Below, piece by piece: positions 25,001 to 40,000 of a stretch of DNA of 64,000 nt (the first letter of the stretch is position 1; every line of letters starts with the position of its first letter). A model generated the notes under the pieces. It had not been told where the DNA came from. It made no database searches and was given only the letters and a program-made list of their open reading frames with translations. Both the position numbers and the translations under genes were made by a program. Source of the stretch: Nemertoderma westbladi (Eukaryota > Animalia > Xenacoelomorpha); contig JAUCBJ010004655.1 of NCBI GenBank assembly GCA_032718475.1, positions 1-64,000 on the forward strand, written 5' to 3'.

Positions 25001-28000
25001 GTTTCACGTCCCCCACATTTGCGCTGTAGCCTACTGTTGTAATCTCTTCTCATTTACCAAAAGAACGCTTTGGTAAACATCAGATCTCCTCGATAGTATA
25101 GTGGTTAGTATCTGCGTCTGTCACATGCAAGACCCGGGTTCAATTCCCGGTCGGGGAGTTTCAACTTTTTGCTTAATTTATCCATCCCTAATTAATATCT
25201 TTAGTCCCCGACCAACAATGTCTTATATAAATAATAATTAGGCCTAATGTATAATGCTATTTATTTAATATTATTAAACTGTTTCCAGCGTATTAAGTTT
25301 ATCCCCTTTCAGCTACCGATTGCGATCCTGGTTACGGTCCCGGGACCAACCCGGACGGATCCCACCGTTGCGACGACGTGGATGAATGCGCCGCCAACGC
25401 GGACCAGTGCGACGCCAAAGCGGATTGCAGCAACAACGACGGCTCCTACGACTGTACATGTCGTTCCGGATACCAAGGCAACGGGAGGGATTGCGATGGT
25501 AAGATTAACGACCCAAATATTTTATGTAAAAAAAATATAAAGCTACTATATTGTTGTTTGAATATATTAATCTTCAATTTCCTCTTATATTTATTATATC
25601 TAATTAATTAATCTTTATCAGATGTGGATGAATGCACTCGAGGTTTAGACAATTGCCATGCTAAGGCAGATTGTATCAATAACAACGGGGGTTTCGATTG
25701 CGAGTGCAAATATGGTTACCAAGGTGACGGACAGAACTGCGAAAGTAAGTTATGTACTATAAACTGTTATTGGCTAACTACTGTATTTACTTGAAGACTT
25801 AGGCCTACTGTATAATCTATGTAGCACATAAGATTACAGTGCGAGGCGCGAGGCGCGTTGAAGTTTTAATAACGACGAGAACTGTAACCCCGAAGTGGTA
25901 TACCGACCTGGAGTCCTATCCAATTTTATTGGAAAATGTTAATATTTATTTATTTAAAATCTATTTCTTATAGCTAAAAGCAAAAGGACATAAAAGGACA
26001 TACAGTAATCTCCTTAGTAGGATTTGCCTCTCCTCGGGATAATTAGCCTTCCCATTTGCCATCGCATCACTATCGCGGTTTCAGGATTTCTATCTACGAA
26101 TTACCCCAAAAAACACAAAATTACCGAGAAATGTACAAAAAATATAAAAAACACAAAAAATTATCAAAAAAAAAACACAATATTACCAAAAAAATGTACC
26201 CAAAAACGGCAAAAATCATTTATATATTCCTTTGTATTTCGGTAGTGCTGCAGTGTGTCTTAGTATTTTGATTAGGTTTGAATGGGACATAAATTCCTAG
26301 TATATTTTGAATATATATATACATATATATTTAGAATTCCTAATATATTTGACTGGGTTGGTAAGTTTTTATAAATTTTTATAAGTATTTTTGAATAATG
26401 TTAATTTTCCGCGTTCCCTTCTAGACATTAACGAGTGCGACGATGGTTTGGACGACTGTGACGAGAAGGCTGATTGTCTGGACACGGATGGCGGGTTTGA
26501 CTGCCGATGTAGAGTCGGGTATGTCGGCCATTGCGATTACTGCGCTGATATTGACGAGTGTGCCACCGGCGTCGCTAACTGCCATAAACTCGCGCTGTGT
26601 TCAAATTCCGAAGGTTAGCAACCTTAAATACATTAATTCGTACAGATTCTGAATCCTTGCTGCAATCATCTACACCAATATCATCAAACAAACTCCAGGC
26701 CCACCCATTCCCATGACACCAGGGAGATACAGTTTCACAAACAAACATACTGTACTTTAATCCACAGGTATACTTGTTGGGTCCACACGTATCTTGGTAG
26801 CGTAGGTTATCTATAGACATACTATCTGGCAATTTGCTAATTATATTGTATTTTCAATTGTTACTGTTGTAACTAAAAAAAGATTCTGAATTCTAAAAAT
26901 ATTATTTGGGGGAAAAAAATTGATATGGAATAATATCATGATATTATTTTTTCCATTCATCTCAAATCATCTCGAGTTTGAATCTGAACTCCCCGTTACG
27001 CATTGCCGGAGACCCGTCGACAACTTAACGCAATGCATTATAGGACCGTAACGCCCCCTACCGGCCCAGCTATACTGTAAGTTGCATCACATAAAGTGCT
27101 ACATTATTACACACCTTTCCTTTATTTCAGGTTCGTATGATTGTACTTGCCCCGAAGGCTACTATGGTTCTGGGCACCACTGCTGGGACCTCAATGAATG
27201 CCTCAGTGTCGACTGTCAAGACAACAGCCGTTGTCTCAACGATATGCCCGGCTACCGTTGTGAGTGCTACCCTGGGTTCATAGACGTCGGCGGGCAATGT
27301 GATGACATCAACGAGTGTGAAGGTCACTCAGATGATTGCCAGTGAGTGTAAATAAAAGCACGATTGAGCTTGTATAGAATCAATCAATGTATGATTACTG
27401 TAGGCTTGTATAGAAATAGTAATAATTGCGAATTGTTGTAGCTCTTGTAGGACGTACTGTACAGTTTAGTACTGCAGTATATTTAGTGTAGTGGGAATAC
27501 TCAATCTTTTTATATTAGTGTATACATAAACTACAGTACGTAAATAGCCGTAGGCCTATAGATACAGTCCGTATAATAGCCGTATACAGTAGGACATACG
27601 GTAGGCCTACACAAATTCATGAGTGTCCATTCTCATTGTTACATACACTACATCCGCAGTTGTAGTGGTGGCGTTAGCTAAATAGTTTGTAATGTTGTTG
27701 GTTGGCGTCATAATACAGTACACCAAAATTAATAAGAATGCGTGTGTGTGGTGGTTAACAAGTTTACATTGTGGTTCGGTTCAGTGCAATTTATTTCATG
27801 TATTTATGGCCTACGCCTCTACGCAGACTACCTTGCTCATCCACCACACACTGAGTTTTTGGTACGGTATGTGCAATACACTCCACCCACCTTGGTGTAG
27901 TGGTTGCATTGGATTCGCATCTCCTGCATGTCGTGGGTTCGATACTCACACGGGGCAGGGCAGTTTTCGTTTCGGCACGAATGCTTTAAAGGGACCAGCC

Positions 28001-31000
28001 AGGGCGGATCCTTTAGGCGGATCCTAAAGGGCCTTGCATCCTAAATGAGTACTGGAGTTTCCTCTGGGGAGTAAAGTTCTGGGCGAACCGCACTGGAAAT
28101 AGGTCGTCAGACTTCGTGCGTAATCCCTGGCCTAACGGCCGAAGAAAATTTACTTTACTTTACTTTTATGTATGTAGTATAAATCTCATTGTAAACTACC
28201 TGATTGGGATATTCTTATCCTTTCATGCAGCCCTGATGCGGAGTGCGCCAATGTAGATGGATCCTACTCTTGTACGTGCAACGAAGGTTACCGTGGAAAC
28301 GGCCGACAGTGTGTGGACATTGACGAGTGTGTGGAGCGAATTCACGACTGCGATCCACATGCTGACTGTACCAACACCCCCGGCGATCATTATTGTGAAT
28401 GTCATGATGGTTACCAAGGCAATGGTGAAAATTGCATATGTTAGTATTGGAGAAATAACACCATCACACACAGCGGGACGTCGTCGTAAAAATTTTGCGG
28501 CTTGAAATTTTTTTAACAACCAAACAGTTGCTGTGGCAAGCCAGGTGTTCAGCAGTTTTAATTAATTTATTGTAATTAACGTTTACAATAATTTATGTTT
28601 GCAGTGGAGAGTACATGTAACCCTGGCGACTGCAACCAAGCTGCCCGATGTGATCTCGTAAACGACGAACCGCAATGTGTTTGTCTTCCCGGCTATACCG
28701 GAGATGGCAATGACTGTGATGGTAAGTAAACGGCCCACGCAATGACTGTGATGGTAAGTAAACGGCCCACACAATGACTGTGATGGTAAGTAAACAGCCC
28801 CCGCAATGACTGTGATGGTAAGTAAACAGCCCCCGCAATGACTGTGATGGTAAGTAAACGGCCCACGCAATGACTGTGATGGTAGGTAAACGGCCCACGC
28901 AATGACTGTGATGGTAAGTAAATGGCCCACGCAATGACTTACGGAAAGAGATGGCAATGACTGTGATGGTAAGTAAACGGCCCACGCAATGACTGTGATG
29001 GTAAGTAAACGGCCCACGCAATGACTGTGATGGTAAGTAAACGGCCCCCGCAATGACTTACGGAAAGAGATGGCAATGACTGTGATGGTAACTAAACCGC
29101 CCACGCAATGACTTACGGAAAGAGATGGCAATGACTGTGATGGTAAGTAAACGGCCCACGCAATGACTTACGGAAAGAGATGGCAATGACTGCGATGGTA
29201 AGTAAACGGCCCACGCAATGACTTACGGAAAGAGATGGCAATGACTGTGATGGTAAGTAAACGGCCCACGCAATGACTGTGATGGTAAGTAAACGGCCCC
29301 CGCAATGACTTACGGAAAGAGATGGCAATGACTGTGATGGTAAGTAAACGGCCCACGCAATGACTGTGATGGTAAGTAAACGGCCCCCGCAATGACTTAC
29401 GGAAAGAGATGGCAATGACTGTGATGGTAAGTAAACGGCCCACGCAATGACTGTGATGGTAAGTAAACGGCCCCCGCAATGACTTACGGAAAGAGATGGC
29501 AATGACTGTGATGGTAAGTAAACGGCCCACGCAATGACTGTGATGGTAAGTAAACCGCCCACGCAATGACTTACGGAAAGAGATGGCAATGACTGTGATG
29601 GTAAGTAAACGGCCCACGCAATGACTGTGATGGTAAGTAAACGGCCCCCGCAATGACTTACGGAAAGAGATGGCAATGACTGTGATGGTAAGTAAACGGC
29701 CCACGCAATGACTGTGATGGTAAGTAAACGGCCCACACAATGACTGTGATGGTAAGTAAACGGCCCACGCAATGACTGTGATGGTAAGTAAACGGCCCAC
29801 ACAATGACTTACGGAAAGAGATGGCAATGACTGTGATGGTAAGTAAACGGCCCACGCAATGACTGTGATGGTAAGTAAACGGCCCACACAATGACTGTGA
29901 TGGTAAGTAAACGGCCCCCGCAATGACTGTGATGGTAAGTAAACGGCCCACGCAATGACTGATGGTAAGTAAACGGCCCACGCAATGACTGTGATGGTAA
30001 GTAAACGGCCCACACAATGACTTACGGAAAGAGATGGCAATGACTGTGATGGTAAGTAAACGGCCCACGCAATGACTGTGATGGTAAGTAAACGGCCCAC
30101 ACAATGACTGTGATGGTAAGTAAACGGCCCCCGCAATGACTGTGATGGTAAGTAAACGGCCCACGCAATGACTGTGATGGTAAGTAAACGGCCCACACAA
30201 TGACTGTGATGGTAAGTAAACGGCCCACACAATGACTTACGGAAAGAGATGGCAATGATTGTGATGGTAAGTAAATGGCCCACACAATGACTTACGGAAA
30301 GAGATGGCAATGACTGTGATGGTAAGTAAACGGCCCACACAATGACTGATGGTAAGTAAACGGCCCACGCAATGACTGATGGTAAGTAAACGGCCCACGC
30401 AATGACTGTGATGGTAAGTAAACGGCCCACACAATGACTTACGGAAAGAGATGGCAATGACTGTGATGGTAAGTAAACAGCCCCCGCAATGACTGTGATG
30501 GTAAGTAAACGGCCCACGCAATGACTGTGATGGTAGGTAAACGGCCCACGCAATGACTGTGATGGTAAGTAAATGGCCCACGCAATGACTTACGGAAAGA
30601 GATGGCAATGACTGTGATGGTAAGTAAACAGCCCCCGCAATGACTGTGATGGTAAGTAAACGGCCCACGCAATGACTGTGATGGTAGGTAAACGGCCCAC
30701 GCAATGACTGTGATGGTAAGTAAATGGCCCACGCAATGACTTACGGAAAGAGATGGCAATGACTGTGATGGTAAGTAAACGGCCCACGCAATGACTGTGA
30801 TGGTAAGTAAACGGCCCACGCAATGACTGTGATGGTAAGTAAACGGCCCCCGCAATGACTTACGGAAAGAGATGGCAATGACTGTGATGGTAACTAAACC
30901 GCCCACGCAATGACTTACGGAAAGAGATGGCAATGACTGTGATGGTAAGTAAACGGCCCACGCAATGACTTACGGAAAGAGATGGCAATGACTGCGATGG

Positions 31001-34000
31001 TAAGTAAACGGCCCACGCAATGACTTACGGAAAGAGATGGCAATGACTGTGATGGTAAGTAAACGGCCCACGCAATGACTGTGATGGTAAGTAAACGGCC
31101 CCCGCAATGACTTACGGAAAGAGATGGCAATGACTGTGATGGTAAGTAAACGGCCCACGCAATGACTGTGATGGTAAGTAAACGGCCCCCGCAATGACTT
31201 ACGGAAAGAGATGGCAATGACTGTGATGGTAAGTAAACGGCCCACGCAATGACTGTGATGGTAAGTAAACGGCCCCCGCAATGACTTACGGAAAGAGATG
31301 GCAATGACTGTGATGGTAAGTAAACGGCCCACGCAATGACTGTGATGGTAAGTAAACCGCCCACGCAATGACTTACGGAAAGAGATGGCAATGACTGTGA
31401 TGGTAAGTAAACGGCCCACGCAATGACTGTGATGGTAAGTAAACGGCCCCCGCAATGACTTACGGAAAGAGATGGCAATGACTGTGATGGTAAGTAAACG
31501 GCCCACGCAATGACTGTGATGGTAAGTAAACGGCCCACACAATGACTGTGATGGTAAGTAAACGGCCCACGCAATGACTGTGATGGTAAGTAAACGGCCC
31601 ACACAATGACTTACGGAAAGAGATGGCAATGACTGTGATGGTAAGTAAACGGCCCACGCAATGACTGTGATGGTAAGTAAACGGCCCACACAATGACTGT
31701 GATGGTAAGTAAACGGCCCCCGCAATGACTGTGATGGTAAGTAAACGGCCCACGCAATGACTGATGGTAAGTAAACGGCCCACGCAATGACTGTGATGGT
31801 AAGTAAACGGCCCACACAATGACTTACGGAAAGAGATGGCAATGACTGTGATGGTAAGTAAACGGCCCACGCAATGACTGTGATGGTAAGTAAACGGCCC
31901 ACACAATGACTGTGATGGTAAGTAAACGGCCCCCGCAATGACTGTGATGGTAAGTAAACGGCCCACGCAATGACTGTGATGGTAAGTAAACGGCCCACAC
32001 AATGACTGTGATGGTAAGTAAACGGCCCACACAATGACTTACGGAAAGAGATGGCAATGATTGTGATGGTAAGTAAATGGCCCACACAATGACTTACGGA
32101 AAGAGATGGCAATGACTGTGATGGTAAGTAAACGGCCCACACAATGACTGATGGTAAGTAAACGGCCCACGCAATGACTGTGATGGTAAGTAAATGGCCC
32201 AAGCAATGACTGTGATGGTAAGTAAACGGCCCACACAATGACTTACGGAAAGAGATGGCAATGACTGTGATGGTAAGTAAACGGCCCACACAATGACTTA
32301 CGGAAAGAGATGGCAATGACTGTGATGGTAAGTAAACGGCCCACACAATGACTGATGGTAAGTAAACGGCCCACGCAATGACTGTGATGGTAAGTAAATG
32401 GCCCAAGCAATGACTGTGATGGTAAGTAAACGGCCCACACAATGACTTACGGAAAGAGATGGCAATGACTGTGATGGTAAGTAAACGGCCCACACAATGA
32501 CTTACGGAAAGAGATGGCAATGACTGTGATGGTAAGTAAACGGCCCACACAATGACTGATGGTAAGTAAACGGCGCACGCAATGACTGTGATGGTAAGTA
32601 AATGGCCCAAGCAATGACTGTGATGGTAAGTAAACGGCCCACACAATGACTTACGGAAAGAGATGGCAATGACTGTGATGGTAAGTAAACCGCCCACACA
32701 ATGACTGATGGTAAGTAAACGGCCCACGCAATGACTTACGGAAAGAGATGGCAATGACTGTGATGGTAAGTAAACCGCCCACGCAATGACTTACGGAAAG
32801 AGATGGCAATGACTGTGATGGTAAGTAAACGGCCCACGCAATGACTGTGATGGTAAGTAAACGGCCCCCGCAATGACTTACGGAAAGAGATGAATGACTG
32901 TGATGGTAAGTAAACGGCCCACGCAATGACTGTGATGGTAAGTAAACGGCCCACACAATGACTGTGATGGTAAGTAAACGGCCCACGCAATGACTGTGAT
33001 GGTAAGTAAACGGCCCACACAATGACTTACGGAAAGAGATGGCAATGACTGTGATGGTAAGTAAACGGCCCACGCAATGACTGTGATGGTAAGTAAACGG
33101 CCCACACAATGACTGTGATGGTAAGTAAACGGCCCCCGCAATGACTGTGATGGTAAGTAAACGGCCCACGCAATGACTGATGGTAAGTAAACGGCCCACG
33201 CAATGACTGTGATGGTAAGTAAACGGCCCACACAATGACTTACGGAAAGAGATGGCAATGACTGTGATGGTAAGTAAACGGCCCACGCAATGACTGTGAT
33301 GGTAAGTAAACGGCCCACACAATGACTGTGATGGTAAGTAAACGGCCCCCGCAATGACTGTGATGGTAAGTAAACGGCCCACGCAATGACTGTGATGGTA
33401 AGTAAACGGCCCACACAATGACTGTGATGGTAAGTAAACGGCCCACACAATGACTTACGGAAAGAGATTGCAATGATTGTGATGGTAAGTAAATGGCCCA
33501 CACAATGACTTACGGAAAGAGATGGCAATGACTGTGATGGTAAGTAAACGGCCCACACAATGACTGATGGTAAGTAAACGGCCCACGCAATGACTGTGAT
33601 GGTAAGTAAATGGCCCAAGCAATGACTGTGATGGTAAGTAAACGGCCCACACAATGACTTACGGAAAGAGATGGCAATGACTGTGATGGTAAGTAAACGG
33701 CCCACACAATGACTTACGGAAAGAGATGGCAATGACTGTGATGGTAAGTAAACGGCCCACACAATGACTGATGGTAAGTAAACGGCCCACGCAATGACTG
33801 TGATGGTAAGTAAATGGCCCAAGCAATGACTGTGATGGTAAGTAAACGGCCCACACAATGACTTACGGAAAGAGATGGCAATGACTGTGATGGTAAGTAA
33901 ACGGCCCACACAATGACTGATGGTAAGTAAACGGCCCACGCAATGACTGTGATGGTAAGTAAATGGCCCAAGCAATGACTGTGATGGTAAGTAAACGGCC

Positions 34001-37000
34001 CACACAATGACTTACGGAAAGAGATGGCAATGACTGTGATGGTAAGTAAACCGCCCACACAATGACTGATGGTAAGTAAACGGCCCACGCAATGACTGTG
34101 ATGGTAAGTAAATGGCCCAAGCAATGACTGTGATGGTAAGTAAACGGCCCACACAATGACTTACGGAAAGAGATGGCAATGACTGTGATGTTAAGTAAAC
34201 GGCCCACACAATGACTTACGGAAAGAGATGGCAATGACTGTGATGGTAAGTAAACGGCCCACACAATGACTTACGGAAAGAGATGGCAATGACTGTGATG
34301 GTAAGTAAACGGCCCACACAATGACTTACGGAAAGAGATGGCAATGACTGTGATGGTAAGTAAACGGCCCACACAATGACTTACGGAAAGAGATGGCAAT
34401 GACTGTGATGGTAAGTAAACGGCCCACACAATGACTGTGATGGTAAGTAAACGGCCCACACAATGACTTACGGAAAGAGATGGCAATGACTGTGATGGTA
34501 AGTAAACGGCCCACACAATGACTTACGGAAAGAGATGGCAATGACTGTGATGGTAAGTAAACGGCCCACACAATGACTGTGATGGTAAGTAAACGGCCCA
34601 CACAATGACTTACGGAAAGATATGGCAATGACTGTGATGGTAAGTAAACGGCCCACACAATGACTTACGGAAAGAGATGGCAATGACTGTGATGGTAAGT
34701 AAACGGCCCACACCTTGACTTACGGAAAGAGATGGCAATGACTGTGATGGTAAGTAAACGGCCCACACAATGACTTACGGAAAGAGATGGCAATGACTGT
34801 GATGGTAAGTAAACGGCCCACGCAATGACTGTGATGGTAAGTAAACGGCCCACGCAATGACTGTGATGGTAAGTAAACGGCCCACACAATGACTTACGGA
34901 AAGAGATGGCAATGACTGTGATGGTAAGTAAACGGCCCACACAATGACTTACGGAAAGAGATGGCAATGACTGTGATGGTAAGTAAACGGCCCACACAAT
35001 GACTTACGGAAAGAGATGGCAATGACTGTGATGGTAAGTAAACGGCCCACGCAATGACTGTGATGGTAAGTAAACGGCCCACGCAATGACTTACGGAAAG
35101 AGATGGCAATGACTGATGGTAAGAAAACGGCCCACACAATGACTGATGGTAAGTAAACGGCCCACGCAATGACTTACGGAAAGAGATGGCAATGACTGTG
35201 ATGGTAAGTAAACGGCCCACGCAATGACTGTGATGGTAAGTAAACCGCCCACGCAATGACTGTGATGGTAAGTAAACGGCCCACACAATGACTTACGGAA
35301 AGAGATGGCAATGACTGTGATGGTAAGTAAACGGCCCACACAATGACTGTGATGGTAAGTAAACGGCCCACGCAATGACTTACGGAAAGAGATGGCAATG
35401 ACTGTGATGGTAAGTAAACGGCCCACACAATGACTGTGATGGTAAGTAAACGGCCCACACAATGACTGTGATGGTAAGTAAACGGCCCACACAATGACTT
35501 ACGGAAAGAGATGGCAATGACTGTGATGGTAAGTAAACGGCCCACACAATGACTTACGGAAAGAGATGGCAATGACTGTGATGGTAAGTAAACGGCCCAC
35601 ACAATGACTTACGGAAAGAGATGGCAATGACTGTGATGGTAAGTAAACGGCCCACACAATGACTTACGGAAAGAGATGGCAATGACTGTGATGGTAAGTA
35701 AACGGCCCACGCAATGACTGTGATGGTAAGTAAACGGCCCACGCAATGACTTACGGAAAGAGATGGCAATGACTGTGATGGTAAGTAAACGGCCCACACA
35801 ATGACTGTGATGGTAAGTAAACGGCCCACACAATGACTTACGGAAAGAGATGGCAATGACTGTGATGGTAAGTAAACGGCCCACACAATGACTTACGGAA
35901 AGAGATGGCAATGACTGTGATGGTAAGTAAACGGCCCACGCAATGACTGTGATGGTAAGTAAACGGCCCACACAATGACTTACGGAAAGAGATGGCAATG
36001 ACTGTGATGGTAAGTAAACGGCCCACACAATGACTTACGGAAAGAGATGGCAATGACTGTGATGGTAAGTAAACGGCCCACACAATGACTTACGGAAAGA
36101 GATGGCAATGACTGTGATGGTAAGTAAACGGCCCACGCAATGACTGTGATGGTAAGTAAACGGCCCACGCAATGACTTACGGAAAGAGTTGGCAATGACT
36201 GTGATGGTAAGTAAACGGCCCACACAATGACTTACGGAAAACGGCTGAAACTGAAAATTTGGGATTTCGTAGTTTCGTAATTAGGGTTATTTCATGTTCC
36301 ATTCCGCTCACCATTCCAATAAACAGTTCACATAAAATGTGAACATGGAAATACCTCCTGATGATGTGTTGTATGTCTGGAATTAACTTACTTACCGCCG
36401 TAAAAATACAAAAATTATATCTTAATGTCAATTAGTAGTAATTAGTTTATTACTCATTACAACTAATTACTTTTTTCCTAATTTAACCAGACGTCGACGA
36501 ATGTGAGGAGCTGGGGGACTCTGCGTGCCACGCTAGGGCCACCTGCAGCAACAAGCCGGGTGGGCACGATTGCGAATGCAACGACGGTCTCCTAGGCGAC
36601 GGGGTCAACAACTGCGACGAGCCGGACGCGTGCGCGACGCACTCAGGTTGCGATGCCAACGCCCACTGTGTAAACGGCGCTAACGGAGCACGTTGCGAGT
36701 GTAACACTGGTTATATTGGTGACGGGACAGAATGCGAGGACATTAACGAGTGTCTTGAGGAGGATTGTGGAGACAATGCCATTTGTATCAATAAACCCGG
36801 ATTTTATATCTGTGTGTGCGAAGAAGGGTCTACTAGGAATGGTAAGTAAAAGTAGGCAGGGGACTGAATGGTTTCCATAAGGTGAGCAGGGGCTATTACT
36901 GTAGGGCCCATGATCGTCGTGTGTTCAGATAATACAATATTAGTGCTGTACTAACGTGTACTTTCGTAAACATTCACAAATATTAAGTACTAGTTTCTAA

Positions 37001-40000
37001 CTTGAGGTTAATGAGGGTTCTCTATAGTTGTACATGGTTCTAAATCGATGTTGTTTACTTAAATTAAGCATATGGTTTATCACTCTATACTCTTACTCGA
37101 TTTATATGGTTTCTCACACGATGTCCAATGCATGGTTCCCGTTTTTAGATCTACATGATTTCACTTGATGTACCCTTGATTTTTTTAAATTTAGTTTTCA
37201 ATCTTCAAATATGATCCCCATTGTGGTATATTATGTGTTATTTTAAAATATTATCTTATGTTCAGGGTTACAGGTTACAACTGTTATTGTAAAGTTTGGA
37301 AATAGTAAAAAAAATTAAATTAAATAATATTATAATATTAATATTATACAGACGAATTTTGCTATATCCATCTTAGGACCACTGATATGTTAAATATCGG
37401 TTTGACACAATCCAGATACAGTAAGCGGATATAAACTGACTACTAAAACCCCAATCTAAAAGAAAGGTGACCAATCGATCCGACAAACTATCGCCTCGTC
37501 GACATTTCCAGTACACATCCAAACCCAATTACAGTTGAGAAACTCTTGTGTAACAATTTGAACTGAATCTAAAATCAAACAATTTTTTAGCATCACATTA
37601 ATTCAGTTTGGTTTCACGATATTAGTTGTAAGGAAACTAACTACATACGTGTTCAGCCGGTCCCAAGTGTTAATATTTACACGAACGAGCGGAGCGAGTG
37701 AGTGAAATATTGAAACGAGGCACCGAATGTTTATCACCCGGGTGAAAAATACAAAAAAATAGAAATAATTGCCGCAATAATAAGTCACCGTAGGAATATC
37801 CTTATAATTAATTAAATATACCTGCTAATTGCTGTTTTTACAAACAACATTCATTGAGTAATAAATTACTCATTACGACGCTTATTCCCATTGATTATCA
37901 GATGGGGCCTCATTGAATTCCTTGACATTGGATTTCTAGGAGAGTTGTGTGTGGACGATGATGAATGCTCCAACGGATCCAACGATTGCTCACCCAATGC
38001 TATCTGCTCCAACCTAGACGGGGGCGGCTACACATGTAACTGTAAACCTGGCTTCGAAGGCAATGGAAGAATTTGTGAAGGTAATATTATTTAATTATAT
38101 AAACTTTACATTACATAAAAATTATAGATAAAGGAAAGACATTATTGAGTTAGACCACATGAAGAATACCTTCATTTACTACAGTAACTTAATCTAAAAT
38201 CACAATTTCAGAACTTTGAACATGAGAAAACCAAAACAGGAAATGTAAGCTGCACGATATTAAACATCTACAAGTTTTTCTAAGTTCACCCTCTCATTAC
38301 ATTTTTTAATTTAAATGTCTTGTTTTTATATTGTAATAATACGATAAAGCTATCTAATCAATAAATGCTTACAGACATTGACGAATGTTCCCCTAGCAAC
38401 GGGTCGCCAAATTCATGCGGTTCCCTAGGGCCGGGAGGGAAATGCTCGAACACCGCTGGTTCGTTTGTTTGTGAGTGCGAACCACCGCTGGTACTGAAAG
38501 ATGGTTCGTGTTCGCCACCAGATGGGCCGAACTCAGTGGTACCATGTGAGGTTAGTTTGTGAGTGCGAACCACCGCTGGTACTGAAAGATGGTTCGTGTT
38601 CGCCACCAGCTGGGCCGAACTCAGTGGTACCATGTGAGGTTAGTTTGTGAGTGCGAACCACCGCTGGTACTGAAAGATGGTTCGTGTTCGCCACCAGCTG
38701 GGCCGAACTCAGTGGTACCATGTGAGGTTAGTTTGTGAGTGCGAACCACCGCTGGTACTGAAAGATGGTTCGTGTTCGCCACCAGATGGGCCGAACTCAG
38801 TGGTACCATGTGAGGTTAGTTTGTGAGTGCGAACCACCGCTGGTACTGAAAGATGGTTCGTGTTCGCCACCAGCTGGGCCGAACTCAGTGGTACCATGTG
38901 AGGTTAGTTTGTGAGTGCGAACCACCGCTGGTACTGAAAGATGGTTCATGTTCGCCACCAGCTGGGCCGAACTCAGTGGTACCATGTGAGGTTAGTTTGT
39001 GAGTGCGAACCACCGCTGGTACTGAAAGATGGTTCGTGTTCGCCACCAGCTGGGCCGAACTCAGTGGTACCATGTGAGGTTAGTTTGTGAGTGCGAACCA
39101 CCGCTGGTACTGAAAGATGGTTCGTGTTCGCCACCAGCTGGGCCGAACTCAGTGGTACCATGTGAGGTTAGTTTGTGAGTGCAACCACCGCTGGTACTGA
39201 AAGATGGTTCGTGTTCGCCACCAGCTGGGCCGAACTCAGTGGTACCATGTGAGGTTAGTTTGTGAGTGCGAACCACCGCTGGTACTGAAAGATGGTTCGT
39301 GTTCGCCAACAGCTGGGCCGAACTCAGTGGTACCATGTGAGGTTAGTTTGTGAGTGCGAACCACCGCTGGTACTGAAAGATGGTTCGTGTTCGCCACCAG
39401 CTGGGCCGAACTCAGTGGTACCATGTGAGGTTAGTTTGTGAGTGTGAACCACCGCTGGTACTGAAAGATGGTTCGTGTTCGCGTTCGTGGTGCCATGTCA
39501 GTTAGTTGGATGAACGCTGTGGTACCATATGGATTTAGGTGGGTGGACACTGCGTTACCATGTGGATTTAGTTGGGTGAATGCTGTGGTACCATGTGGAT
39601 TTAGTTGGGTGAACGCCGTGGTACCCTGTGGATTTAGTTGGGTGAACGCTGTGGTACCATGTGGATTTAGTTGGGTGAACGCCGTGGTACCCTGTGGATT
39701 TAGTTGGGTGAATGCTGTGGTACCATGTGGATTTAGTTGGGTGAACGCCGTGGTACCCTGTGGATTTAGTTGGGTGAACGCTGTGGTACCATGTGGATTT
39801 AGTTGGATGAACACTGTGGTACCATGTGGATTTAGTTGGGTGAACACTATGGTACCATGTGGATTTAGTTGGGTGAACACTGTGGTACCATGTGGATTTA
39901 GTTGGATGAACGCTGTGGTACCATGTGGATTTAGTTGGGTGAATACTGTGGTGCCATGTCAGTTAGTTAGATGAACGCTGTAGTACCATGTGGATTTAGT

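Noticed and set aside
27884-27960. Second tRNA gene
   Set aside because: A and B boxes are present but there is no clean cloverleaf, and it continues into a body and simple-repeat tail, so it is called a SINE.
38556-39430. 88-bp copies as alternative or tandem cassette exons
   Set aside because: No intron space or polypyrimidine tract between copies, 88 is not a multiple of 3, and read-through hits TGA.
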